Shown: positions 30,901 through 39,672 of the stretch, one piece after another
How positions within the stretch are numbered: position 1 is the first letter of the stretch
Layout of the letters: every line of letters starts with the position of its first letter
NCBI GenBank assembly: GCA_965140415.1
Contig: OZ223209.1
Span: 5,888,001-5,952,000 of the forward strand
Reading direction: 5' to 3'
Origin: Myxococcota bacterium
Lineage (GTDB): Bacteria > Myxococcota_A > SURF-8
Length of the DNA: 64,000 nucleotides
Position numbers and translations under genes: made by a program
Notes under the pieces: generated by a model
What the model saw: the letters and a program-made list of their open reading frames with translations, nothing else
Databases searched by the model: none
Told to the model about the DNA's origin: nothing

Positions 30901-31614
30901 GATCGCGGCGGACAGGTGATGTTACTGGGCGAGGAGAAAACCCTCTTCACCCAGGTTCCCGCCGAAGATCCGGCAGCCAATCTGTTCAGGCAATATATGA
31001 CGATCACTCTGGGAGATGACAACTCGGCGACCTTGACCAACCGGGTAAAGGTTTCCGGTTCCCGCGCCAGCTTGTTCCGCTCCCATTTCCAGGATGTCAA
31101 GCGCCGCAAGGAGTTTTTGGAAAAGCTGATCAACCAGGATATTCCCGGTGCCAAGCTGCAAAACTTCCAGTTCGACTCCATCGGCGACTTGATGCAGCCG
31201 GTGAGTTTCAATTATGAAGCGCTATTGCCCGATTACCTTCGCAAGGAAGGCGACGGCTACGCCATTGCGGCGCATCTGGACCGGGTGGATCTGGTCAAGC
31301 AGTTCGCTTCGCTGTCCAAGCGCGAACAACCGGTAATGATCGACCGCCTGCAAACACTGGAAACCACGAACGAATGGCAACTGGGTTCCCGCTTTATCGT
31401 AACGGAACTGCCCGAAGCGGTGAACATCGAAAACGAGTTGGGCGCTTTCTCCATGACCTTCGAACAACAGGGCGACATGCTTCGCGCCCAGGTAAAGCTG
31501 GTATTCAAGAAAAACCGGATTCCGCAGCAACGCTACGAAGAATTCCGCGCCTTTTGTCAGGAAGTGACGCAGGCGTATCGCCAGGAGATCAAATTACGTG
31601 ATGCGAACGACTAA
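27919..31614 (+). CDS. Exported TPR + DUF3857 + transglutaminase-like protein (triad intact)
   Basis: Signal peptide ending ALA; W.VIGPF beta-domain; TPRs; PDLQPGDVVE; RYVGLEFG, GDCKDKA, FNHAI, YLDGT. Confidence 0.85.
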   Translation: MHVTQKSHDWLNRCIRVCLCLLILLPVPALAQTYEQRFSKLQHQIERAPQRPQAVLELDQLVDLANNVENPERIYQLARKILANKRSSLQLRLDARWQLWEEAWRSGDTETIERALAQLGQITRWKVIGPFDNEGGNGFDTEYPPEKEYDPEALYPGKVRDVGWRNFPAISQLEGYQNFRVIFTPESNSTAYAMARVYAAKTQKALLVLAAGGSLKLWHNGEQVAAWSEERPARRIQTVVPITLKRGINTLLVKVNGREGDWGFRVGLLNAKGQALPKLPGLTPGETSDRRAPFPADKQTLRLRNTRPNKELPLAVQRLKRAFKKHPDVKGALSISQLHERRRAFEPEKKLHEEWAEKALELDGSNAEALLWCANVFGNHNRRYACLSQGRSLYPKDGRFSLALASFLQKEGQDLQAGNLLTTISDDPWVDIEAVEKRIEMYNEHSQPALALQLARELRKRYPQVRQSAIILAKQLERMNLDDESLPIRMSLANSNKGALATLHWIYSYHYRRRDLDTAQQWLQKMIELDPAQIMNRVRLSRLYQAQEKFDEARNCLQQALDISPEDTTLIDRLAELEHRMGRSDLAMELWRRSLEIMPQNPTLKEYLRLLEPQTASFENAYRRELEALVQAYPADVDSEEMAEELLELKVFKVFANGLSSHFHQQVVRVYTQGGIDRYRRFYVRYSPDRQEVRILKARVLRPDGEIVERYDEDDRSVNRSYKLYHDYRVHVVDFPDLQPGDVVELQYRLDDIAADNLFSDYFGNLSMMQGAVPIRDMQLVYLIPKEKPLYYNHPALKPEPQIQQLDGLIEYNWHVTDIPKIRYEAASPPQVEIADYLHVSTFKDIDALGNWYWGLIKEQFVPKEALKKKAREITADLSDPLEKIKAIYAWVVQNTRYVGLEFGIHSFKPYQVNQIYERKFGDCKDKATLMITLLREAGIRAWMTIIRTSNLGQIATYPPSLAMFNHAIVYLPDYDLYLDGTAEFSGPFELPYQDRGGQVMLLGEEKTLFTQVPAEDPAANLFRQYMTITLGDDNSATLTNRVKVSGSRASLFRSHFQDVKRRKEFLEKLINQDIPGAKLQNFQFDSIGDLMQPVSFNYEALLPDYLRKEGDGYAIAAHLDRVDLVKQFASLSKREQPVMIDRLQTLETTNEWQLGSRFIVTELPEAVNIENELGAFSMTFEQQGDMLRAQVKLVFKKNRIPQQRYEEFRAFCQEVTQAYRQEIKLRDAND

Positions 31615-34600
31615 TCACATTCTATACATCGCCGTATTTGTCGGCTTGCTTTTCATCAACGGCTGCGCGTCGTTTTCGGCGGCGCTGTACAACCAGCCTC
31701 CCGATGCACCCGGCGTGCAGCAGAGACTGCAAGAATTGGAAAACCGGGCAGTGCAGCGGGGTGACGCCGATCTGTTACTGGAAGCGGGTTGGGCTGCATG
31801 GACGTTGAATAACGACGCGGAGCGCGCACAATCCTTGTGGAAAAAAGCCGAGGCGCTTTCCCCGAAGAGGGCCGAGATCCCCATGGCGCTGGCTCAGACC
31901 TATTATTTCGGAGGCCATTTCCAATTGGCGCAGCAGGCCTGCCTACGGGTGCTGGCACAGCAGCCGGGTGGCATTTATGCACGGCTGGCGGCGGCGCGGT
32001 TGGCTTCGCTGTACGACGAAACACCGGATTTCCCCAAACAGGTACGCCCGGTTCTCGAATCCCTACTGGACGACGAGCGCCTGGAGCGCGAAACGCGCCT
32101 GTCGATCACGAATACCCTGCGGCTCATCTACCGCGAACAGAACCTGCCGGAGTTGGAAAAGGCGATGCGCCAGCGGCAGGGCAAGATCACGCGCTGGCAG
32201 TTTGTCGGCCCTTTCGGCACCGTCGGTCTGATCGACTTCGATCGGTCTTATAAGCCGGAAACGGATGCGCTACAGGCGCAGTACGACACTCCCAATGGTG
32301 CGGTGCAGGCGGTAGCGGTCGATCTGGAAAAGCAGGATGTATCCTTTTCCGATCTGAGCGAGTTCGGCGGCGTCTTTTATGCTGCCGGGGCGATTGAGTT
32401 GCAACAGGATCGAAACGTCGTGCTGCGGCTGAAAACGAAAGAACTGGCGCAGTTGTTTATAGACGGTCGTCCGGTGTTGACGGTGGACCCGCGCACGCGC
32501 CATCTGCCGATGTTGCACCCTGTCCAAGTACAACTCGCTGCCGGACGCCATCGCCTGCTGGTGAAACTGGGCGAGAGCAATTCGCGACTTAACTTCACCT
32601 TAAACATCGTCGGTGAAAACGGGGAGCCGGTTGCGTTTACGCAGTTCAATGAACTTTCCGAGTACAACCGGCCTGCGGCTTCCAGCCGTAACGCCACGTT
32701 CGTTTCAAACGTTGCAGATATTTTTTACGAACGCGCTGAGCGGCGCGGTGATCTGCTAAGTCTTTACTACGCCAATCTCGCCAATCAGATCGACGAGCAT
32801 CATGCACGCCTCGTGAACCTGCGCGAACGCGCCTTGGCCATCAATCCGAACTTTGCGCCTTTGTACGTTCTGGAAGCCCTGCGCGTCACGCGCGATCCCT
32901 CGCTTCCGGGCGGCGTGGCCCAGGATCGGGCACGGGCGGCGCTACGACATGCACTGGAATTGGACGAGCGGCAGGCGATTGCTTTGCAGGTATTGGCGCA
33001 GGACGCCGTAGAGCGCGACCGCAGTGAAGAAGCGATTGCAATGTTCAAGCAGCTGGAACGACTGACGCCGGAGGCCTACAACGCTCCGTATGCCTTGTAT
33101 TCGCTCTATGAATCCAAGGGCTGGAGAAAAGAAGCCGAACAGGCTAAAGAACGAGCGTTGCTCAAAAACGGACGCAATTTGCAACTATTAAAAAGCGCGT
33201 TCCGCACCGCTCGCAATAACAGCGAATTCAAACGCGCCGACGAGCTTTCCCTGCGCATCGATGCCCTCGACGGCACCGGCCATACCCGCCTGAACTGGCT
33301 GCAAAGTCAGGGGAAATACATGGAAGTGGAAAAGCTGTTGCGAACGTTTATCGAGCGGGAACCTTACAAGGTCGGACATCGTACCCGGCTGGCGGATACT
33401 TTACTGCAAGCGGGAAAATTCGCTGAAGCCATCGAAGTCTATCGGGAGTTGGCAACCTGGCCGGGACATCAAGCGCGTTATGCACGCTCTCTGGCGCAGG
33501 CGTATCGTTTGAACGGTCAAGCGGAACTGGCCGAACAGACTTTGCAACAGGCGCTGGAACTGGAGCCGGGCGATTTTACCCTGCGTGACATGATGACCTG
33601 GGATGAAGGCTCGGAAATTCTGGGCGAATACGTCACGAAGACCGAACCATTGTTGCAGAGTTTCAAAGAGCAGACCTACAAACCGGAAGCAGGCGTTGTG
33701 CTGGTATTGGATGAATACATCCAAAAGGTGCTGCCCGATGCCTCCTCGGTCACGCGCACACATACCATTACCCGCGTACAGACCAAAGACGCCATTTCCC
33801 GTTTCGGCGAAGTCAGGCTGCCTTCCTCCGCCACGGTGTATCGCCTGCGCGTGATCAAGCCGGACGGTCGCGAACTGCTGCCTGAACGCATCGGCGGAAA
33901 ACGTTCGGTCACCCTGCCTGATATCGAAGTCGGAGACTTTATCGAAATGGACTATGTCCAGGGACAGGATCTGGCACGCAGCATCAACGGCGGACGCACC
34001 CTCAGTTCCTCGTTCCTCTTTCAGAATACGCACATTCCCACCTTCCGCTCGCGCTTCACGGTCATTCATCCGGAAGAGATGGCCATGAATCTGCAACCGT
34101 TGAATTACAACCTGAACGCTCCGACGATCGAGCGCGAAAACGGCTGGGTTATGACCCGTTACGACAACGAGAAAATCGACGCGCTTACGCCGGAACCGTT
34201 TATGCCGGTACAACTGGAAGTCATTCCCATGGTGCGGATGACCCGCCCCTTGCAATGGACGGAAGTGCGCGACCTGCTGCGCCAGCGCCTGCTTGGTAAA
34301 ACCATCGTCGCTCCCGAAATCGAAGCCTTTTATCGCGAGCACGTTCAGCAAGGCGAATCGGAACGAGAGACAGCGGAACGTCTGTTCTACGCGGTTACGG
34401 AGGCTATCGAAGGCGAGGACAACGACTCCTCCTTCCGTTTTTCGGCCAGCAACATCCTGGCCCAGAAAGAGGGTAACCGGCTGATTCTACTGCAAGCGCT
34501 GCTATCGCTGCACGGTCTGCAAAGCGAGTTTCTGCTGGCCAAGCCGCAGAACATTAAAGAGATCGAATTCAAATCCGCCAATTTCAACACCTTCGACGAA

Positions 34601-35434
34601 GCCATGCTGCGCGTTCACCTTTCCGATGGGGAAGTTCTGTATCTTAGCGCCGGATATAAAGAGAGCGTCTTCAACCAGCCTTCACCCATGTTAAGCGGTT
34701 CCAAGGCGCTGGTACTTGCCGCCGGAAATGAAGCCTTTACGCAACTTCCGGTCTGGATGCAAGTCGGCGAAGACAAGCAGGTTTCGCTGTTCGTCAAACT
34801 GAATGCGGACGGCAGCGCACAAAACGAAGCCTCCGAACGCATCAGCGGGTATTATTCCGTACCCTTGCGGCGCACCTTGAAACGCCTGCCCAAAGATCGT
34901 ATCGAACAATTTTTCGAAATGATCCTGAACAAGAATTTCCCAGGTGCAGCCTTGGAAAACGTGGACATTCAAAATATCGAAAACGCCAAGGAGCCGTTGA
35001 AGCTGCATTACACCTTCAACGTGCGACGCATGGCCAAACCGCTGGACAGGCGCTTGAGCATCGACGGTGCCTTCTTCCCGCTATATCTTTCCCGCGCCTA
35101 CATCCGTACGCCGGAACGTCATTTCCCCTATCTGGTCAACGGCATCAACAGCGGTTTCAACACCTCGGTGTTGCAGCTTCCGGAAGGCTACGTTGTTTCC
35201 CGCATGCCCGAAAGCCAGGAGATCGAAAGCCCCTACGGGGTGTATCGCTATCACGTGGAACGCAAAGAGGATACGATCATCATCACGCGGGATTTCACGA
35301 TTCCGATTCAGCGTATCGAATTGGAAAACTATATGGACTTCTACCGCTTCTGCATGCAGGTGGACCAGTTGGAGCAGCAGCAGATTCATCTTGTCCCCGG
35401 CGATACACCAGAGAACCTTGCAAAACAGCCATAG
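31598..35434 (+). CDS. Lipoprotein paralog, TPR + DUF3857 + degenerate transglutaminase-like domain
   Basis: Lipobox INGC; WQFVGPF; TPRs; LPDIEVGDFIE; EGNRLILL / FDEAM / YLSAG at the triad positions. Confidence 0.8.
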   Translation: MMRTTNHILYIAVFVGLLFINGCASFSAALYNQPPDAPGVQQRLQELENRAVQRGDADLLLEAGWAAWTLNNDAERAQSLWKKAEALSPKRAEIPMALAQTYYFGGHFQLAQQACLRVLAQQPGGIYARLAAARLASLYDETPDFPKQVRPVLESLLDDERLERETRLSITNTLRLIYREQNLPELEKAMRQRQGKITRWQFVGPFGTVGLIDFDRSYKPETDALQAQYDTPNGAVQAVAVDLEKQDVSFSDLSEFGGVFYAAGAIELQQDRNVVLRLKTKELAQLFIDGRPVLTVDPRTRHLPMLHPVQVQLAAGRHRLLVKLGESNSRLNFTLNIVGENGEPVAFTQFNELSEYNRPAASSRNATFVSNVADIFYERAERRGDLLSLYYANLANQIDEHHARLVNLRERALAINPNFAPLYVLEALRVTRDPSLPGGVAQDRARAALRHALELDERQAIALQVLAQDAVERDRSEEAIAMFKQLERLTPEAYNAPYALYSLYESKGWRKEAEQAKERALLKNGRNLQLLKSAFRTARNNSEFKRADELSLRIDALDGTGHTRLNWLQSQGKYMEVEKLLRTFIEREPYKVGHRTRLADTLLQAGKFAEAIEVYRELATWPGHQARYARSLAQAYRLNGQAELAEQTLQQALELEPGDFTLRDMMTWDEGSEILGEYVTKTEPLLQSFKEQTYKPEAGVVLVLDEYIQKVLPDASSVTRTHTITRVQTKDAISRFGEVRLPSSATVYRLRVIKPDGRELLPERIGGKRSVTLPDIEVGDFIEMDYVQGQDLARSINGGRTLSSSFLFQNTHIPTFRSRFTVIHPEEMAMNLQPLNYNLNAPTIERENGWVMTRYDNEKIDALTPEPFMPVQLEVIPMVRMTRPLQWTEVRDLLRQRLLGKTIVAPEIEAFYREHVQQGESERETAERLFYAVTEAIEGEDNDSSFRFSASNILAQKEGNRLILLQALLSLHGLQSEFLLAKPQNIKEIEFKSANFNTFDEAMLRVHLSDGEVLYLSAGYKESVFNQPSPMLSGSKALVLAAGNEAFTQLPVWMQVGEDKQVSLFVKLNADGSAQNEASERISGYYSVPLRRTLKRLPKDRIEQFFEMILNKNFPGAALENVDIQNIENAKEPLKLHYTFNVRRMAKPLDRRLSIDGAFFPLYLSRAYIRTPERHFPYLVNGINSGFNTSVLQLPEGYVVSRMPESQEIESPYGVYRYHVERKEDTIIITRDFTIPIQRIELENYMDFYRFCMQVDQLEQQQIHLVPGDTPENLAKQP

Positions 35435-35489
35435 GTTTTATTGGGTTTTATAAGGGTGTAGCAGAGCCTATAAGGAACAACCATTTTCG

Positions 35490-36902
35490 ATGAGAATCTT
35501 AGGTTCAAAGATCGACGCAGCCATGGAAATCTATCGGGATTTCCTGCTGCCGCTGTACCAGCGTTTTCTGGCTTGGATTTTCCGCGATCCGGCCACGGAA
35601 CCGGACGCCTGGAGGCGGCGCGGTATGCTGGCGGCGCGGTTGGCTTACGTGTTGATCCGGGGTTTATCGGGAAAGCGTTTGCAGGTCTACGCCTCGTCAC
35701 TGACTTACATCACCATGCTCTCGTTACTGCCTTTGGTGGCGGTCTTGCTGGCGGCGGCCAAGCAGTGGAGCCCCTACGACATCCCCGAACTGAAAGCCAT
35801 GCTCATTCAGCGTCTGCCGGAACTGGAAACGATCTTGACGCAGGTAATGGACTACGTCGCGCAGACCAATTTCGGTTCTTTGGGGCTGGCAGGTACGGTG
35901 TTTCTTTTGGGTGCGATCTTTAAAATGATGGGGAAAATCGAAGATGCGTTAAACGACACCTGGGGCGTGCGCAAGGCGCGTCCCTTGTGGCGCAAGGCGT
36001 TCGACTATTCCGGGGTATTGATCGCCAGTTCGCTGCTGTTGGTCGGAGCCTGGACCGCGCAAATCGTCTCCACCGACCTGGTTTCCCGATACATGCCCTA
36101 TGGCTTGAAACTACTGAACAATTCCTTCAGCACGCGCATTTTCACACTGATGGTCTTAGGCCTTGGTTTTACCGTGCTGCTCAAATACCTGCCCAATGCC
36201 CGCACCCCCTGGTGGTCCACCTTGATCGGCGGCATGACCTGCGGCTTGCTCTACACCCTGCTCAGCGCGGGTTATTTCGGTTTGCAGGTCGGCATGGCCA
36301 ATTACAACCTGGTGTACTCCAGTCTGGCGGCGCTGCCCATCACCATTATCTGGATCGACATTTCCTGGGTGATCGTGCTGATCTCCGCCGAACTGGCCTA
36401 TGCCTTAAGCAACCTGCACACCTTTCGCTACGAAGTCATGGATGAAATCGTCAGTTCGGAATTTCTGGAAGCCAGCGCCCTGCGGGTATCCTTGCATCTG
36501 GCGCAATATGGCGAAGTCGGAGAGGAAAAAGCTCCGAGCCTGGGAGCGCTTTCCAGAAAGCTGCGGTTACCGGGTCGTTTTCTGGCGCAACTATTGACGA
36601 TGCTGCAACATGCCGGGATCGTTCAGGAAGTAAGCAAGCAGCATTATCTTATCGCCGAAAATCAGCTTGCTTCAGTTCACCTGCACGATGTCGTACTGGC
36701 GGTGCGCCAGCGCGGTCTGCCCAGTGAACGAAATGACGGCGGCAACCAGGATGTCGTTGAATCCTACCTCAAGCAAACCGAACACAGCCTGCGCGATGGC
36801 CAAAGCAACCTGACGTTGAAACAGGCGCTGGCGCTGTCCTCAGACGCTGGTGAAACGGATGCTCCTTCCTCCACCACCGAAAGCGAAATCCAATCGCTTT
36901 GA
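35490..36902 (+). CDS. YihY/BrkB family membrane protein with C-terminal HTH-like domain
   Basis: ASSLTYITMLSLLP, IEDALNDTW, YLPN, YNLVYSSLAALP..IIW. Start may be 35523. Confidence 0.85.
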   Translation: MRILGSKIDAAMEIYRDFLLPLYQRFLAWIFRDPATEPDAWRRRGMLAARLAYVLIRGLSGKRLQVYASSLTYITMLSLLPLVAVLLAAAKQWSPYDIPELKAMLIQRLPELETILTQVMDYVAQTNFGSLGLAGTVFLLGAIFKMMGKIEDALNDTWGVRKARPLWRKAFDYSGVLIASSLLLVGAWTAQIVSTDLVSRYMPYGLKLLNNSFSTRIFTLMVLGLGFTVLLKYLPNARTPWWSTLIGGMTCGLLYTLLSAGYFGLQVGMANYNLVYSSLAALPITIIWIDISWVIVLISAELAYALSNLHTFRYEVMDEIVSSEFLEASALRVSLHLAQYGEVGEEKAPSLGALSRKLRLPGRFLAQLLTMLQHAGIVQEVSKQHYLIAENQLASVHLHDVVLAVRQRGLPSERNDGGNQDVVESYLKQTEHSLRDGQSNLTLKQALALSSDAGETDAPSSTTESEIQSL

Positions 36903-36985
36903 TCGCTTGCACCGAAGCGGGATGTCTGATATAAGGACCGCGCTTGTTTCGGCTTCCAATGAGGTCTTGTGAAGGAGAAGAAATC

Positions 36986-38434
36986 ATGTCCGACATTCGC
37001 GTTCGATTCGCCCCGTCACCCACCGGATTTTTGCATATCGGCGGCGCGCGCACCGCTCTGTACAACTACCTCTATGCCCGACGTCACGGCGGCACCTTCA
37101 TTCTGCGTATCGAAGATACCGACCGGGAACGTTCCACCGACGAATCGGTGCAGGCGATTCTGGACGGCATGCGCTGGCTGGGCCTGGACTGGGATGAGGG
37201 ACCGGACAAAGAAGGCGACTGCGGACCGTATTTTCAAACGCAACGCATGGACATCTACAGCACGCACGTGAAAAAGCTGCTGGATGAGGGCAAAGCCTAT
37301 CGCTGCTACGCGACCCAGCAGGAGTTGGATGAGATGCGCGAGCAGGCGCGCGCCAAAAAGGAAACCTTCCATTACGACCGCCGCTGGCGCGACAAAACGG
37401 AAGCCGACTGGCCGCAGGATCGTCCCTATGTCATCCGCTTCAAGGCTCCCATTTCGGGTGAAGTCGTGGTGGAAGACGCCATCAAAGGCCGCGTGGTCTT
37501 CGAGGTGGACAAGCACATCGACGATTTCGTAATCATGCGTTCCGACGGCAGCCCGACCTACAATTTCACCGTCGTAGTGGATGACGTCACCATGCGCATG
37601 ACGCACGTCGTTCGCGGTGACGACCACCTGAACAACACCCCCAAGCAGGTGCTGCTCTATGAAGCATTCGACTACCCCACGCCGATCTTCGCGCATCTAC
37701 CCATGATCCTGGGCGCGGATAAAACCCGCCTATCCAAGCGTCATGGAGCCACTTCGGTGATGGCTTATAAAGAAATGGGATACCTGCCGCACGCGCTGGT
37801 CAATTACTTGGCGCGACTGGGTTGGTCACACGGAGATCAGGAAATCTTCCGCATGGAGGAAATGATCGCCGCTTTCGGTATCGAACAGGTCGGTTCTTCC
37901 GCCAGCGTCTTCAACCCGGAGAAACTGGACTGGATCAACCAGCAGTACATCCAGAGCGATCCTCCAGAATCGATCGCCGCCCTGCTCGTTCCCTTCCTGG
38001 CCGAGCGCGGCATTCAGGTCGAAGCCGATGCGCGACTGGTGGAAATCGTCGAATTGATGAGTCCGCGCAGCAAAACCCTGGTGGAAATGGCCGAAACCAG
38101 CCGTTATTTCTTTACGGACGACTTCGGCTACGACGAAAAGGCGGACAGAAAATTCCTGAAGCCGGCAAATCTGCCGGTGTTCGATGCCCTGATTCCCGCA
38201 TTAGAAGCGCTGGAGGACTTCTCCCACGATGCGCTGGCCTCCGCATTCGGCAGCGTGATGGAAAAGCTAGAATTGAAGCTTGGGAAAGTGGCGCAGCCGG
38301 TGCGCGTTGCAGTAACGGGCGGCGCGGCGAGTCCGGGCATCTTCGAAATGCTGGAAGTGCTGGGCAAAGAGACCACTCTCGCGCGTTTGCAGCGGGCGGC
38401 GGAACACGTTCGCAATAAGCCCGTCGAAGGCTGA
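36986..38434 (+). CDS. gltX: Glutamate-tRNA ligase
   Basis: RFAPSPTGFLHIGG, LRIEDTD, RGDDH, RLSKR; SD AAGGAG. Confidence 0.97.
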   Translation: MSDIRVRFAPSPTGFLHIGGARTALYNYLYARRHGGTFILRIEDTDRERSTDESVQAILDGMRWLGLDWDEGPDKEGDCGPYFQTQRMDIYSTHVKKLLDEGKAYRCYATQQELDEMREQARAKKETFHYDRRWRDKTEADWPQDRPYVIRFKAPISGEVVVEDAIKGRVVFEVDKHIDDFVIMRSDGSPTYNFTVVVDDVTMRMTHVVRGDDHLNNTPKQVLLYEAFDYPTPIFAHLPMILGADKTRLSKRHGATSVMAYKEMGYLPHALVNYLARLGWSHGDQEIFRMEEMIAAFGIEQVGSSASVFNPEKLDWINQQYIQSDPPESIAALLVPFLAERGIQVEADARLVEIVELMSPRSKTLVEMAETSRYFFTDDFGYDEKADRKFLKPANLPVFDALIPALEALEDFSHDALASAFGSVMEKLELKLGKVAQPVRVAVTGGAASPGIFEMLEVLGKETTLARLQRAAEHVRNKPVEG

Positions 38435-38452
38435 TTCGGCGACAAGAGCAGC

Positions 38453-38512
38453 ATTGCTCATTTCTGCCCATCGTGATTACTCGATGGGCAGAAATGAGTA
38501 ATACCTACTCTA
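38453..38512. repeat. Long hairpin, GTAG-type REP (family B); possible gltX terminator
   Basis: attgctcatttctgcccatcg-tgattact-cgatgggcagaaatgagtaat-acctac; partial inverted copy at 48014..48058. Confidence 0.8.
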
Positions 38513-38521
38513 ATTGATTCC

Positions 38522-38637
38522 AGGGTGGCGCGGGCTAAACCGCAGGTTTGCCCGTGTTCGAGGGCCACATGGGCAAGCTTCGTTTCTCTCCGCTTGGCCC
38601 ATGCCACATGTCGGCGGGCTTGCGCTCCACCGCTACA
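38522..38637. repeat. REP family C copy followed by a family A variant
   Basis: 38522..38603 matches 11402..11483; 38612..38637 cggcgggcttgcgctccaccgctaca resembles 48212..48237. Confidence 0.85.
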
Positions 38638-38680
38638 GTAATCAAGAATCCTCTATCGCGAGAAACGAGTAGAAGCCACT

Positions 38681-39640
38681 CTAAAAACTCACCCCACCGT
38701 GCACGACCAGGTTCCAGATCTCCGTGTTGTCGTATGTCGGATCGTCGCTGTATACGCGCACCTGTACGCCAAAACCGAGCACGAACATGCTGCCTTTGTA
38801 TTGCAGACCGGGCGTCACCCATAAACTTGTATCCCGATCTCGATACAACCAGCTTAAACCGCTGGGTTCGACCATCAAGTGCAAACCGCCCCAGATTTGA
38901 AAGCCGATCGGCACGCCGTAATCGATGCCGAGCGGGTTGCGGTCGCGATAGTAATCGCGGGTGCGGCGCGGATAGCAGGCGTTTGGATCGGGGATGTTTC
39001 CCGGTGTGGCGCTATCATTATCGGGACCGAACCGGCAGTAGTTGTTGGGATCGTTGTCCTCATCGATGTCGATATTCACCGGCAGTCCGATATAGGGTCC
39101 GAAACTGAAGCGCCAAATCTTGATACCACTGGCCAGGTAGGGCCGCAAATAAAAGATATCCGGCGAAAACGTATTCTTGAAGGATTGGTTGATCAATTTG
39201 AAATGGATACCGGTTGTCAATGCAATCGGACCGACGTTGAAGAAATTATAGTTCACGCCGATTCCGAAGTGACCGAAGTTGAAATCCGAATAATCACCGC
39301 GAATGGCGCGCATGCTGAAATCCAGATCCAATGAAACCGTATCGATCAGCCGGATGGAGCCGGACGGATAGAATGTGACCACCTCCAGATCCACATCGGG
39401 AATCAGCTCGTATTCTTCCGGCAGCCAGTTGTCTTCCAACTCCCGCCCGACGACCTCGTTTCGTCCGGAAAAATATTGCGTGCGATAAATGGAAAACGAA
39501 AAGGCCCAGCCGGTAAACAGGCGCTGACCGGTCAGTGATTCGGGATACTCGCTTTTATCGATTTCCGCCCGGGCAGCAAACGGACAGAATATGACCAGCG
39601 CCAGCAGCAATATCATCAAACCTTGCTTTGCCTGTTTCAT
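38681..39640 (-). CDS. Exported hypothetical protein, probable outer-membrane beta-barrel
   Basis: Signal peptide (ARA), alternating aromatic/hydrophobic strands, C-terminal Phe. Confidence 0.6.
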   Translation of the reverse strand: MKQAKQGLMILLLALVIFCPFAARAEIDKSEYPESLTGQRLFTGWAFSFSIYRTQYFSGRNEVVGRELEDNWLPEEYELIPDVDLEVVTFYPSGSIRLIDTVSLDLDFSMRAIRGDYSDFNFGHFGIGVNYNFFNVGPIALTTGIHFKLINQSFKNTFSPDIFYLRPYLASGIKIWRFSFGPYIGLPVNIDIDEDNDPNNYCRFGPDNDSATPGNIPDPNACYPRRTRDYYRDRNPLGIDYGVPIGFQIWGGLHLMVEPSGLSWLYRDRDTSLWVTPGLQYKGSMFVLGFGVQVRVYSDDPTYDNTEIWNLVVHGGVSF

Positions 39641-39672
39641 GATTTCACTCCCGTTTCAAGATTTGCAGGATG

